Shown: piece after piece, positions 38,149 through 47,125 of the stretch
Numbering within the stretch: position 1 is the first letter of the stretch
Layout of the letters: each line of letters starts with the position of its first letter
From: Candidatus Woesebacteria bacterium
GTDB taxonomy: Bacteria; Patescibacteriota; Microgenomatia; UBA8517
NCBI GenBank assembly: GCA_013426185.1
Contig: CP058602.1
Coordinates: 628,549-692,548 of the forward strand
Length of the DNA stretch: 64,000 bases
Reading direction: 5' to 3'
Translations under genes and position numbers: made by a program
Notes under the pieces: generated by a model
Database searches by the model: none
What the model saw: the letters and a program-made list of their open reading frames with translations, nothing else
What the model was told of the DNA's origin: nothing

Positions 38149-38841
38149 ATGGCAGATATTTATGTCTCTAAGCCTTTTGTCAAAAAGGAAGAAAAACAGG
38201 AAGAAGATGCTTTTCTTGATAAAAAGGAAAATTTGACTAAGAAAAAAAGACCAATTCCTTTCAAAGAAAGAAAGAGTTTAGATTTTAACCCCGTTACCTC
38301 GTTTTCTTTTCTGCCTAAGGGGGTTGATTTTGAGACGAAAAACAAAGGCGAAAAGGTGGTCTTGCTTTTAAGAAGGCATCCGATTACCAATTTACGCTGG
38401 ATATTTTTGGCTATTTTAATGTCTCTTGCTCCTCTTCTACTTGCCAGTTTTCCAATTATTGATTTTCTACCTTCTAATTTTAGGTTTGTTGCAATACTTG
38501 GTTGGTATATGATTACTCTTGCTTTTGTTTTTGAAAGTTTTTTGAGCTGGTTTTTTAATGTCAATATAGTCACCGATGAAAGAATTGTGGATATTGATTT
38601 TGTAAACCTAATTTATAAGGAGATATCGGATGCTGATATTGATAAAATTCAGGATGTAACAGTTAAAGTTGGCGGTGTGGCACAAACAATGTTTAATTAT
38701 GGAGATGTTTATATCCAAACAGCTTCAGAAAAGCCAAGGTTTGAATTTTTGTCGGTTCCCAAGCCTGAAGACGTGGCTAAAATTTTACAAGAGCTAAGAA
38801 TAGAAGAAAAACAGGAAGAACTAGAAGGGAGGGTAAGCTAA
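38149..38841 (+). CDS. Membrane protein with bacterial PH domain
   Basis: LLRRHP, two TMs, IVTDERIVDID, IQDVT, NYGDVYIQTA. Confidence 0.75.
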   Translation: MADIYVSKPFVKKEEKQEEDAFLDKKENLTKKKRPIPFKERKSLDFNPVTSFSFLPKGVDFETKNKGEKVVLLLRRHPITNLRWIFLAILMSLAPLLLASFPIIDFLPSNFRFVAILGWYMITLAFVFESFLSWFFNVNIVTDERIVDIDFVNLIYKEISDADIDKIQDVTVKVGGVAQTMFNYGDVYIQTASEKPRFEFLSVPKPEDVAKILQELRIEEKQEELEGRVS

Positions 38842-39062
38842 TGAATATTAATCCTTTTTCTTTTGAAGTTTGGTCAATTGTTAAATGGTTTTTTGTTTTT
38901 GCCTTTTTTCTTTATATTATTTTTTCCCTTGTTGTAATTAGGCAGGTTAGTTTAATGAATAAAACTTTGGATGTTCATTTTGAAAAGCCATTTACTCTTT
39001 TTGCCTACTTACATTTTTTCTTTGCGGTAGGGGTTTTTATTTTTGCCTTTTTAGTGCTTTGA
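38841..39062 (+). CDS. Small two-TM protein (DUF5657-like)
   Basis: YIIFSLVVIRQVSLMNKTL. Confidence 0.6.
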   Translation: MNINPFSFEVWSIVKWFFVFAFFLYIIFSLVVIRQVSLMNKTLDVHFEKPFTLFAYLHFFFAVGVFIFAFLVL

Positions 39063-39065
39063 TAA

Positions 39066-40967
39066 ATGGATCTAAAAAGTACCTCCTTTAAGGTTTTAGG
39101 AAGACCAAGAAGTGGCGGATGGGCAAGTGTTTATGAAAGCGATTCGGGCTTGATTTCTGATCCAAAAGGCCGTCTTTTTATAGTTGTTTCTTCAAACTTA
39201 TCAGAAGATGTAGACGACATAATATCTTTTGGGAGAGACATACTAGTTGATCTTTATAAAGAATATTATAATCACGCATTAAGCAGCAATTTTTATGGCT
39301 TAAAAAATGCTGTTGAAAAAACTTACGCAAAATATAAGGATAGGTTTTCAGGTCTTGAGATGGGAGCGGCAAGCCTTTCTCGCGATGTTTTGAATTGCGC
39401 AGTTGTCGGAGGCGCTCAGGCGGGTGTCTTTCGCAACAAATTTTTGGTAAAGATTTTGGTTAGTTCATCACCTCAAGTGGTTTCAGCCTCAGGTTACCCG
39501 CGCGAAGATGATCTTTTTATCTTGGGAACAAGTGCTTTTTTCGAATGTTTTGAAAATTCCGATTTTGATTCTTTCTTAGAAAAAGAGAAAAGAGGAGAAG
39601 ACGGTTTATCGTTATTAAGGGAAAAAGCTTCTTCGTTTTCAAATAGTTCAAGGCTTGCTGGTTCTTTTGTTTATTTTAGCTTGCAGTCCTTGAAAATTGA
39701 GGAGCCAATCAGGCTTGAGAAAAGAAAGACGATTTTTCAGATGGAAAGGTTTGTCAAAAGAGAGCTGTTTTTACCTCTTGAGAGAGTGATAAATAAAATT
39801 TTGACCAAAAGAGGAGATTCCAGTTTTCCAAGAAGAAAAATATATGTCCGTTCTACTTTTCAGGGGTTAGAAGACGCTCAGTCAAGAAAAAAAGGTTTTT
39901 CTTTGGCACTTTTTTTGATTATTTTTCTTTCCCTTTCAGTTTTAATCGGCTCCAAGCTTAAGGATGTAAAAGAAAAAAGAGCTTTTTATCAAGCTAAATT
40001 AGTTGATGCTTCATCTAAAGTGGAAGAGGCAAAAAAGATAGCTTCTTTAGATCCTGAAAAATCAAGGGAATTATTTTTCAAGGCAAAGGATGAGGTTTCT
40101 TTACTTAAAAACGAAGGAATAAAGGATAAAAAACTACAAGAATTAGATGAAGATATTAGAAAATCAGAGGAGAGTGTTTTGAAAGAATATCACTTGGAGC
40201 CAGAGCTTTTCTTGGACCTTACACTTTTAACCCAAGGTTTTAAAATTTCTCTTTTGAAAGCTGATGCCAATAATATTCTGGTTTTGGATAGAAATGGCAA
40301 AAGATTGGTAAAGATTTCTTTTGAGAATAAGAAAACAGGAGTTGTTTCAGGCCCCGATGATTTTGATAATTATCAGGATGTAGGTCTTTATAGCGGGGAT
40401 ATTTTTGTTTTGACTTCAAAGGCTATTTTTAATGTTAAAGACAACAAAAAAGAGCTTTCCCGCAATGATTTTGGGGATGATGCTTTAATTAATTTTTATG
40501 CTGGCAACGCCTATATTTTAGATAAAAATCCTTCAAGAATTTACAGACTTGCGCCTGACAAAGAAGGCTTTTCGCTGCCACAAATTTGGATGGGAGAGGG
40601 AATAAAAGTTGATTTTACGAGTGCCAAATATTGGTTTATAGATGGTTTTGTCTGGGTTTTAATAGACAATAACCAAATTTTGAAATTTAGCCGTGGTGTG
40701 CCGGAAAGGGTTTATTTAAAAGGTGTTTATCCTGCTCTTGAGGTCATTGATTCTATTTATTCAAACGATGAGTTGAAATTTGTTTATCTTTTGGATTCAA
40801 GAAATGGGAGGGTAGTGGTTGTTGACAAAAATGGCAATTATGTTTGCCAGTATGTGGCAGATAAAATAAAAAGTTCTAATTTTTTGGTGGTTTCAGAAAG
40901 CCAAAAGAAAGCGGTTTTTTCTCTGTCTGATGGTAAGCTTTATTCTTTTGACCTAAAGCATCTTTAA
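39066..40967 (+). CDS. Membrane protein with degenerate PP2C-like N-terminus and beta-propeller-like C-terminus
   Basis: Central TM; YILD...RIY and VYLLDSRNGRVVV blade-like repeats; fold is inference. Confidence 0.55.
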   Translation: MDLKSTSFKVLGRPRSGGWASVYESDSGLISDPKGRLFIVVSSNLSEDVDDIISFGRDILVDLYKEYYNHALSSNFYGLKNAVEKTYAKYKDRFSGLEMGAASLSRDVLNCAVVGGAQAGVFRNKFLVKILVSSSPQVVSASGYPREDDLFILGTSAFFECFENSDFDSFLEKEKRGEDGLSLLREKASSFSNSSRLAGSFVYFSLQSLKIEEPIRLEKRKTIFQMERFVKRELFLPLERVINKILTKRGDSSFPRRKIYVRSTFQGLEDAQSRKKGFSLALFLIIFLSLSVLIGSKLKDVKEKRAFYQAKLVDASSKVEEAKKIASLDPEKSRELFFKAKDEVSLLKNEGIKDKKLQELDEDIRKSEESVLKEYHLEPELFLDLTLLTQGFKISLLKADANNILVLDRNGKRLVKISFENKKTGVVSGPDDFDNYQDVGLYSGDIFVLTSKAIFNVKDNKKELSRNDFGDDALINFYAGNAYILDKNPSRIYRLAPDKEGFSLPQIWMGEGIKVDFTSAKYWFIDGFVWVLIDNNQILKFSRGVPERVYLKGVYPALEVIDSIYSNDELKFVYLLDSRNGRVVVVDKNGNYVCQYVADKIKSSNFLVVSESQKKAVFSLSDGKLYSFDLKHL

Positions 40968-40980
40968 AACTTAAGTTTTT

Positions 40981-41344
40981 TGGTGGAGACGGAGGGATTT
41001 GAACCCTCATCCGAGAAAAAATACCTAAAAACTTCTACAGGTTTAGTCAGTATTGTTTTTTCCTCTGGGATTTACTTACTGACAAGAATTCCCAAAGTGA
41101 GGTTTTAATTTTTGAGCTTTAGCCTGAAAACCAACAAACTAAAGCCGATCTTGACTGGTTTACACCATCAAAAAGCGGTCAAGAAGCACTTTTTGAGATG
41201 CCAACTTAGGCAAACGCGTAAGCGTAGCCGGTTGGAGCGCTAACTTTTACGTTGTCGCTTGTTTTTTTAACCAATTTTTACAAGTTTGGTTAAACTTGAC
41301 CTGCAGTTTTTAAAGTACTTTTTCCGTCGAGACCTGTCGTCCCC
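40981..41344 (-). ncRNA. ssrA: tmRNA
   Basis: 5' GGGGACGACAGGTCTCGAC; 3' GGTTCAAATCCCTCCGTCTCCACCA; tag ORF 41256-41206 (A)DNVKVSAPTGYAYAFA; adjacent to smpB. Confidence 0.93.
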
Positions 41345-41770
41345 TTATTTATTAAAATCTTTAAGCTCTCTTTCCGCTTCTTTTTCGATATCTTGCCTTT
41401 TTAAGGCTTCTTTCTTTTCAAATTGCTTTTTGGGTTTTGCCAGAGATATCTCAACCTTGATATGACGGCCCTTATTATATATTTTTGTGGGTATCAAAGT
41501 CAATTTTTTGGCCTTTATTTTATTTTCCAAAGAAATAATTTCTCTTTTATGTAGAAGAAGTTTTCTTGATCTTGTCGGATTATCACTTTCACTAAAAATA
41601 TTAGCGTTTATAAGATATGCTTCGCCGTTTATGATTTTGACAAAAGCATTGTTAAGATCAGCTCCTCTTTCTCTTAGGGCTTTAATTTCAACTCCAATAA
41701 GAGCAATCCCCGCCTCAAATCTTTCAAGCAGGGTATAATTAAAAGAAGCCTTTTTATTAATGATTTTCAC
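41345..41770 (-). CDS. smpB: SsrA-binding protein
   Basis: NKKASFNY, EAGIAL.G.EIKALR, RSRKLLLHKREI. Confidence 0.95.
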   Translation of the reverse strand: MKIINKKASFNYTLLERFEAGIALIGVEIKALRERGADLNNAFVKIINGEAYLINANIFSESDNPTRSRKLLLHKREIISLENKIKAKKLTLIPTKIYNKGRHIKVEISLAKPKKQFEKKEALKRQDIEKEAERELKDFNK

Positions 41771-41789
41771 CGGTTTTATTTTACACTAA

Positions 41790-42473
41790 ATGCTTTTTGA
41801 TTTTTTGTTTCCTAAAAGGTGCGTTTCCTGTCAGAAAAAAGTGGGCTATATTTGCAAATCTTGTCTTCGTTTGGTTAATAAAGCTTCTCCTTTTTGCCCT
41901 GTTTGTCTTGAGCCTTCAATTGATGGAGTAACTCATTTTAAATGCCTTAAAAAACTCTCGCTTGACGGAATAGTAGCAATTTGGCTTTACCGTGGAGTTA
42001 TTAGAAAGGCGATTTTGGCTTTAAAATATAAATTTATTTCTGATTTGGCGCGGGATTTGGTTTCTCTTTCTCTTTTGAGTCTTAAAGATAATTATTCAAT
42101 TTCTTCTTTGAAAAATGTAATTTTGGTGCCGATTCCGCTTAATAAGAAAAGATCTAATTGGCGCGGTTTTAATCAGACGGAGTTTTTGGGGAGGATGATA
42201 GCCTCCTCTTTTGGCTGGAAATTTTCTTCCAATTTGCTTTTGAGGAAGAAATTCACCAAACCTCAAGCTGGCCTTGGCAAGAAAGAAAGAAGGAAGAATG
42301 TTAAGGATGCTTTTGCTATTAACCCGCAATTTGCCAAGATCAAAAATGACAATCTAGAGGTGGTTATTCTTGATGATGTCTTTACCACAGGTTCAACTCT
42401 TAAGGAAGCTTGCAAAGTCTTAAAAAGAAATGGGTTTAAGACGGTTTGGGGACTTGTCTTGGCAAAGTCTTAG
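41790..42473 (+). CDS. comF: ComF family amidophosphoribosyltransferase-like protein
   Basis: N-terminal double CxxC, RGFNQ, LDDVFTTGSTL. Confidence 0.88.
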   Translation: MLFDFLFPKRCVSCQKKVGYICKSCLRLVNKASPFCPVCLEPSIDGVTHFKCLKKLSLDGIVAIWLYRGVIRKAILALKYKFISDLARDLVSLSLLSLKDNYSISSLKNVILVPIPLNKKRSNWRGFNQTEFLGRMIASSFGWKFSSNLLLRKKFTKPQAGLGKKERRKNVKDAFAINPQFAKIKNDNLEVVILDDVFTTGSTLKEACKVLKRNGFKTVWGLVLAKS

Positions 42474-42484
42474 CTTTAGAAGAT

Positions 42485-42685
42485 TTAATCCTTTTCCCAA
42501 AGCTTTCCTCCCACAATTGCTCCTTGTTTTTGAGCCTTGCCCATTGCTTCCTGAAGCTCGCTTAAGGTAATTTCTCTTCCTTCTTCTTTTGCTTTCTTTA
42601 ATGCTTGGCAGATGGGACAATCGTCAAAATAGTCTTCAGAGGAGGAGATTAGAGTGAAAGCTGGCTCTTTTTTCTTTTTCTTCAC
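42485..42685 (-). CDS. Small hypothetical protein with CPIC motif
   Basis: 66-aa ORF, FDDCPICQA. Confidence 0.55.
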   Translation of the reverse strand: MKKKKKEPAFTLISSSEDYFDDCPICQALKKAKEEGREITLSELQEAMGKAQKQGAIVGGKLWEKD

Positions 42686-42735
42686 AAGGACATTTTATTT
42701 TGGTGTTCTTTGTTTTACAAGAGTCTTTTTATTCC

Positions 42736-43239
42736 CTAAATTTTTCTTGAGTCGTATGCCCAGTGTAAAAGCGCTTGCCTTTGTTTTCTTCGGCAATTTA
42801 AGTTGCCGGGCATACAATTTTTCTTAATTTGTGCGATATGCCTTTTCATAGCTTGCCATCTTCTGATTTGCCTTAAATCGTCTTCGTGTCTTCTGCCCAT
42901 AAAATAGCGGCAATACCATTGGAACCAGCCTCTTGGGTCGTCAGGATGAATCCAACCTTTTTTGCGCCAGACGGATAACGGCTGGCTTGCGTTTACGCCA
43001 AAAAAGTTTAGTTTTGGATCGTGCCTTTTAGGACATAATTTTGCTTTTAAAAACCAGTCTTTGGGAAATTCGTTCTTACAATCTGTCATATATTTTCCTC
43101 CAAAAACTCCAAGCTCAAGCATTTCTTTTGGAGAAAGTTCAGGCTTAAAATCAGGATGAAAGTTTTCTCCCATAGGCTCGGTTAAATAGTAAACGTAATT
43201 TTTTTGCATTTTGTCATTGACTACTATTTTTTTCTTCAT
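42736..43239 (-). CDS. Conserved hypothetical protein (GWFQWYCRY family)
   Basis: FKPELSPKEMLELGVFGGKY, DPRGWFQWYCRYFMGRR, RQALLHWAYD. Confidence 0.75.
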   Translation of the reverse strand: MKKKIVVNDKMQKNYVYYLTEPMGENFHPDFKPELSPKEMLELGVFGGKYMTDCKNEFPKDWFLKAKLCPKRHDPKLNFFGVNASQPLSVWRKKGWIHPDDPRGWFQWYCRYFMGRRHEDDLRQIRRWQAMKRHIAQIKKNCMPGNLNCRRKQRQALLHWAYDSRKI

Positions 43240-43246
43240 ATTTTTG

Positions 43247-44419
43247 TTAATAGGCTTTTTTATTTTTTTCTAAGAAAATGAATAGAAGCGCAGAAATCAC
43301 CGCCGTTGTTCCTCCAAAAATAAATGGCAGTCTGACGTCAATATAAGTCCAAAGTAGTCCGGCAATAAGGGAAGCAAAAAAAGTACAAACTCCGGTTGCC
43401 ATCTGATAAACACCAAGAGAGGTGGCCATTCTTTCTTTATCACCTATTAAGCTCACGTAAGCTTTACTCACGCCTTCAGTCAGAGCCATATAGAAGCCGT
43501 AGAACATAAAGAGGAGCCAGATCAAAATCTGAGATTGATTGATGCCAAAAAGAAAGTAAATAACAGCAAAGAGAAACCAGCCAAAAATAAGTAATTTCTT
43601 GGGACCAACTTTATCGCTTAAGACGCCAGCAGGTGTGGAAAAAATTGCGTAGGAAAGGTTAAAAAAAGCGTAGGCAAAGACAGCCAGACTGGTAGTTAAA
43701 CCAAGATTTTTTGCTCTTAAGATTAGAAAGGTATCTGAGCTGTTGCCAATAGCAAAGATGATGCTAGTAAAAAGAAAGATCTTGAATGAAGGGTTTAGGT
43801 TTCTAAGAGAAAATTTTGGTAAGACTGTTTTTCCTGTTTCTATTCTTTTTTCTTTAACGAAAAATACAAGAAGTAAAACGGCAATTAAGCCAGGGAAAAA
43901 GGCAATATAGAAAATTTGCCTGAGATTATTATCAAGAAATTTAATTAAAATTATGGCGGTCAAAGGGCCTATTACTGCTCCTAAAGTGTCTAATGCCCGA
44001 TGGAAACCAAAAGCCCTGCCTCTTTTTGTTTTATCGCTGTTTTCAGCAATTAAGGCATCTCTTGCTGAGGTTCTAATGCCTTTTCCAAAGCGATCCATAA
44101 AACGGCCTAATAAGACAAGAGGCCAGTTTTGGGCAAAACCAATAATTAGTTTGGAAAAGGTGGAAAGGGAATAGCCTCCGGTGATAAAAATCTTTCTTTT
44201 CTTAAGTTTATCAGAAAACCAGCCGGAAAAAGCTTTCAAGAGACTGGCAGTTGATTCTGCTATTCCCTCAATTAAACCAACTACTGAGGCTGGCGCTTGT
44301 AATACCGAGGTTAAGAAAATTGGCACGATGGGGTAAATCATCTCAGAGGCTATATCATTAAAAAAACTGACAAGTCCCAGAATAAAAACATTTCTTGAGA
44401 CGCCGAGTTTATTTTTCAT
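43247..44419 (-). CDS. MFS transporter
   Basis: SDKLKKRK, DRFGKGIRTSARDALI, about 12 TMs. Confidence 0.9.
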   Translation of the reverse strand: MKNKLGVSRNVFILGLVSFFNDIASEMIYPIVPIFLTSVLQAPASVVGLIEGIAESTASLLKAFSGWFSDKLKKRKIFITGGYSLSTFSKLIIGFAQNWPLVLLGRFMDRFGKGIRTSARDALIAENSDKTKRGRAFGFHRALDTLGAVIGPLTAIILIKFLDNNLRQIFYIAFFPGLIAVLLLVFFVKEKRIETGKTVLPKFSLRNLNPSFKIFLFTSIIFAIGNSSDTFLILRAKNLGLTTSLAVFAYAFFNLSYAIFSTPAGVLSDKVGPKKLLIFGWFLFAVIYFLFGINQSQILIWLLFMFYGFYMALTEGVSKAYVSLIGDKERMATSLGVYQMATGVCTFFASLIAGLLWTYIDVRLPFIFGGTTAVISALLFIFLEKNKKAY

Positions 44420-44639
44420 AGAGATTTCCCTTTCGTGGGCTTTTTAGTTGTTAAAACCCTTGCACACCAAAGTATAATCCTGAAAAAATTACTCCGCAAT
44501 TAAAAATACTAATCTTTCTTCCTATATAACTTTTATTGAAGTTTGTTGTGTTAAATTGTAAAGCTGTGTCTTTAGCGTATGGAAAAATGGTTCAGATAAG
44601 AACTTAAAAAGCCTGTACTTTAGGCTTGGAATTTATTAT

Positions 44640-44870
44640 CTGTTCTGGGGTTATTTGAACGGCTTAAAATTTAATTTAGAATCTTTGCGGTGTCTGTTCG
44701 AAAAAATTCGAACCGATTTCGCCCAAAACCGATAAAACTCGCGGGGCGGGCGGCATTCCCCCCCAGACCCCCCTTCCGCCCGCCCCGTGGAAGGCGACCT
44801 TTTCGGATTGAAAAACTGCCAAAGAACCTGAAAAAATATCGGCTCGAACTTTATTTTGGCCAAAAGCGGG
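44640..44870. pseudogene. Serine-recombinase remnants around a GC-rich spacer
   Basis: AAAAACTGCCAAAGAACCTG (also ~48930) joined to AAAAAATATCGGCTCGAACTTTATTTT (also ~50127); a second IGSNF-coding fragment on the minus strand at ~44700-44720. Confidence 0.7.
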
Positions 44871-44971
44871 CTTTTTCTCATCTTTGCCTTGTAAAAATTT
44901 ACTTGCTTTTATTATATTTGTTAGTATAATAATGAAAGAAGAAAATATCAACAATTTTATGATATCAAAAT

Positions 44972-45184
44972 ATGGAAAATAATCAAGGCAATAAATTAGG
45001 AAAGAAAATCAAAAAGTTAAGAACTGATCTTGGTTTGTCTCAAGACGAGCTCGCCCGAAAAGCCGATATACCTTATACCACTTTAACCAAGATTGAAACA
45101 GGGGTTATTAAAAAGCCTTCTGTGTATGTGGTGGCGAAGATTGCAAAGGCGTTGAATACAAAATTGGATGATTTAATAAATTAA
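44972..45184 (+). CDS. XRE-family HTH regulator (possible R-M controller)
   Basis: LSQDELARKADIPYTTLTKIETG; directly precedes the REase. Confidence 0.85.
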   Translation: MENNQGNKLGKKIKKLRTDLGLSQDELARKADIPYTTLTKIETGVIKKPSVYVVAKIAKALNTKLDDLIN

Positions 45185-45196
45185 GGATAAAAAACT

Positions 45197-45979
45197 ATGA
45201 ACTATTGGCTAAAATTAAGTATTGAATACGCTAACCAAAGAAGTTATTTGGATGATTTATTTCAAGTATATCCAACTATACCCGAGGGTATCAGAGATAT
45301 AGATGAAAATATTTGGGAAGAAGTAGAACAAGCTTTTAAAAACAAAGACAATACTGGACTGTTAAAGAGCCTTCTTAAGTTCGACCTTTTCCCAATAAAA
45401 GATTCTTATGTAGCTTATCTAAAGAGGGATCCGTCTGCAATCGAAAGAAACCCAGCCACAGTAAACCGACTTTGCGGAAGACTTTATGAAATGGGTCTCG
45501 ACAATATTTTTAAGCGTTGTTCAGAACCTAAAGAAACGAACAGACAAATAGGCCCTTTATTTAGGCGATGGCTTAACAAAAAATCTTTAGGTATTCAACC
45601 CGTTAAATTAGAAGAATTTTTAAAAACAAAAGAAAATGCCATATTAGATGGAAGTGATGCGGAGATAAAAAGTTTTGCTCAAGAGCATTTAAATTACAAC
45701 AGAAACAAAGGGCTAGATTTTATTGCTAGATTTAATGGTAAATACATTATTGGTGAAGCCAAATTTTTAACAGATTTTGGTGGTCATCAAAATGCTCAAT
45801 TCAATGATGCAATAGAAACACTGAAGTTGAAAGGTGTCAAGGCTATTACTATAGCCATATTAGATGGAGTTTTATATATCAAGGGGAATAATAAAATGTA
45901 TCGTGAAATAACGACAACTTTCAAAGACTACAATATCATGAGCAGTTTGGTTTTAAGAGATTTTTTATACCAAGTTTAA
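45197..45979 (+). CDS. Type II restriction endonuclease (Tsp45I-like from recollection)
   Basis: LD..EAK (PD-D/ExK-type) motif, FGGHQNAQF; lies between the XRE and MTase genes; family assignment unverified. Confidence 0.7.
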   Translation: MNYWLKLSIEYANQRSYLDDLFQVYPTIPEGIRDIDENIWEEVEQAFKNKDNTGLLKSLLKFDLFPIKDSYVAYLKRDPSAIERNPATVNRLCGRLYEMGLDNIFKRCSEPKETNRQIGPLFRRWLNKKSLGIQPVKLEEFLKTKENAILDGSDAEIKSFAQEHLNYNRNKGLDFIARFNGKYIIGEAKFLTDFGGHQNAQFNDAIETLKLKGVKAITIAILDGVLYIKGNNKMYREITTTFKDYNIMSSLVLRDFLYQV

Positions 45980-45992
45980 TTTATTTAGGACT

Positions 45993-47121
45993 ATGATACT
46001 GACTTATAAAAATAAAAAAAAAAGAAATAGATATAATTAATCACACCAAGAAAGCCAAACTTGTTTATGTTTCTGAACAAAAGGGATTCAGAAACAAGCT
46101 AATTCAGGGTAATAATCTTGAAGTATTAAAAACTCTTTTAGAAGATTACAACTTTAAAGGGAAAATAGATCTTGTTTACATAGATCCTCCATTTGCTACA
46201 AACGGAGATTTTAAGATAAGTGATGATAGAGCTAATACCGTGAGTAAAAGCTCCTCTGATGAGGTCGCATATAGCGATACCCTAACTGGTAGCGATTATC
46301 TGGAATTTTTAAGAGAGCGTTTGATCCTATTGAGAGAATTGATGTCTGAAAAAGCGTCTATATATCTTCATATTGATTATAAGATTGGGCACTATGTGAA
46401 GGTTATAATGGACGAAGTTTTTGGGGTTGAAAATTTCCGTAATGATATAACACGTATCAAATGTAATCCTAAAAATTTTCAAAGAAAGGCTTATGGCAAT
46501 ATAAAGGATTTAATACTTTTTTATTCTAAAACAAAAAACCCAACTTGGAATGATCCGAGAGTTCCTTTTACTGAAGAAGACATCCGAAGATTGTTTACAA
46601 AAGTTGATAAAGATGGAAGAAGATATACAACTGTACCATTACATGCTCCAGGTGAAACATTAAACGGTAAAACTGGACAAGAGTGGAGAGGAATAAGACC
46701 TCCAAAGGGAAGACATTGGAGGAGCGACCCCGAAGTTTTAGATGAGCTAGATAAGAAAGGTTTAATAGAATGGTCAGAGAGTGGAGTACCGAGAAAGAAG
46801 ATTTATGCTGATGAACAAAAGGGTAAAAAAATGCAGGATATTTGGGAATTTAAGGACCCTCAATATCCTTTGTATCCTACGGAAAAAAACTTAGATTTAT
46901 TAAAGACTATTATAAAGGCTTCTTCAAATGAAGGCGATCTTGTACTTGATTGTTTTTGTGGATCTGGAACAACATTAGTTGCCGCACAAGAATTAAATAG
47001 AAATTGGATTGGTATTGACCAATCAGAGCATGCAATAAAAGTAACAAAAAAAAGACTATCTAAAATACCAAGAGATTTATTCTCTGGTGATGTAGAATAT
47101 GAATTTTTAATTCAAAAATAG
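45993..47121 (+). CDS. N6A/N4C DNA methyltransferase (beta class), frameshifted at A10 46014-46023
   Basis: ATG 45993 frame stops at 46038; the downstream frame carries LIQGNNL, IDPPF, YPTEKN, DCFCGSGTT. Confidence 0.85.
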
Positions 47122-47125
47122 CCAG

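Noticed and set aside
44651-44954. Three short overlapping ORFs in the track
   Set aside because: Explained by recombinase remnants and a GC-rich spacer; no coherent protein
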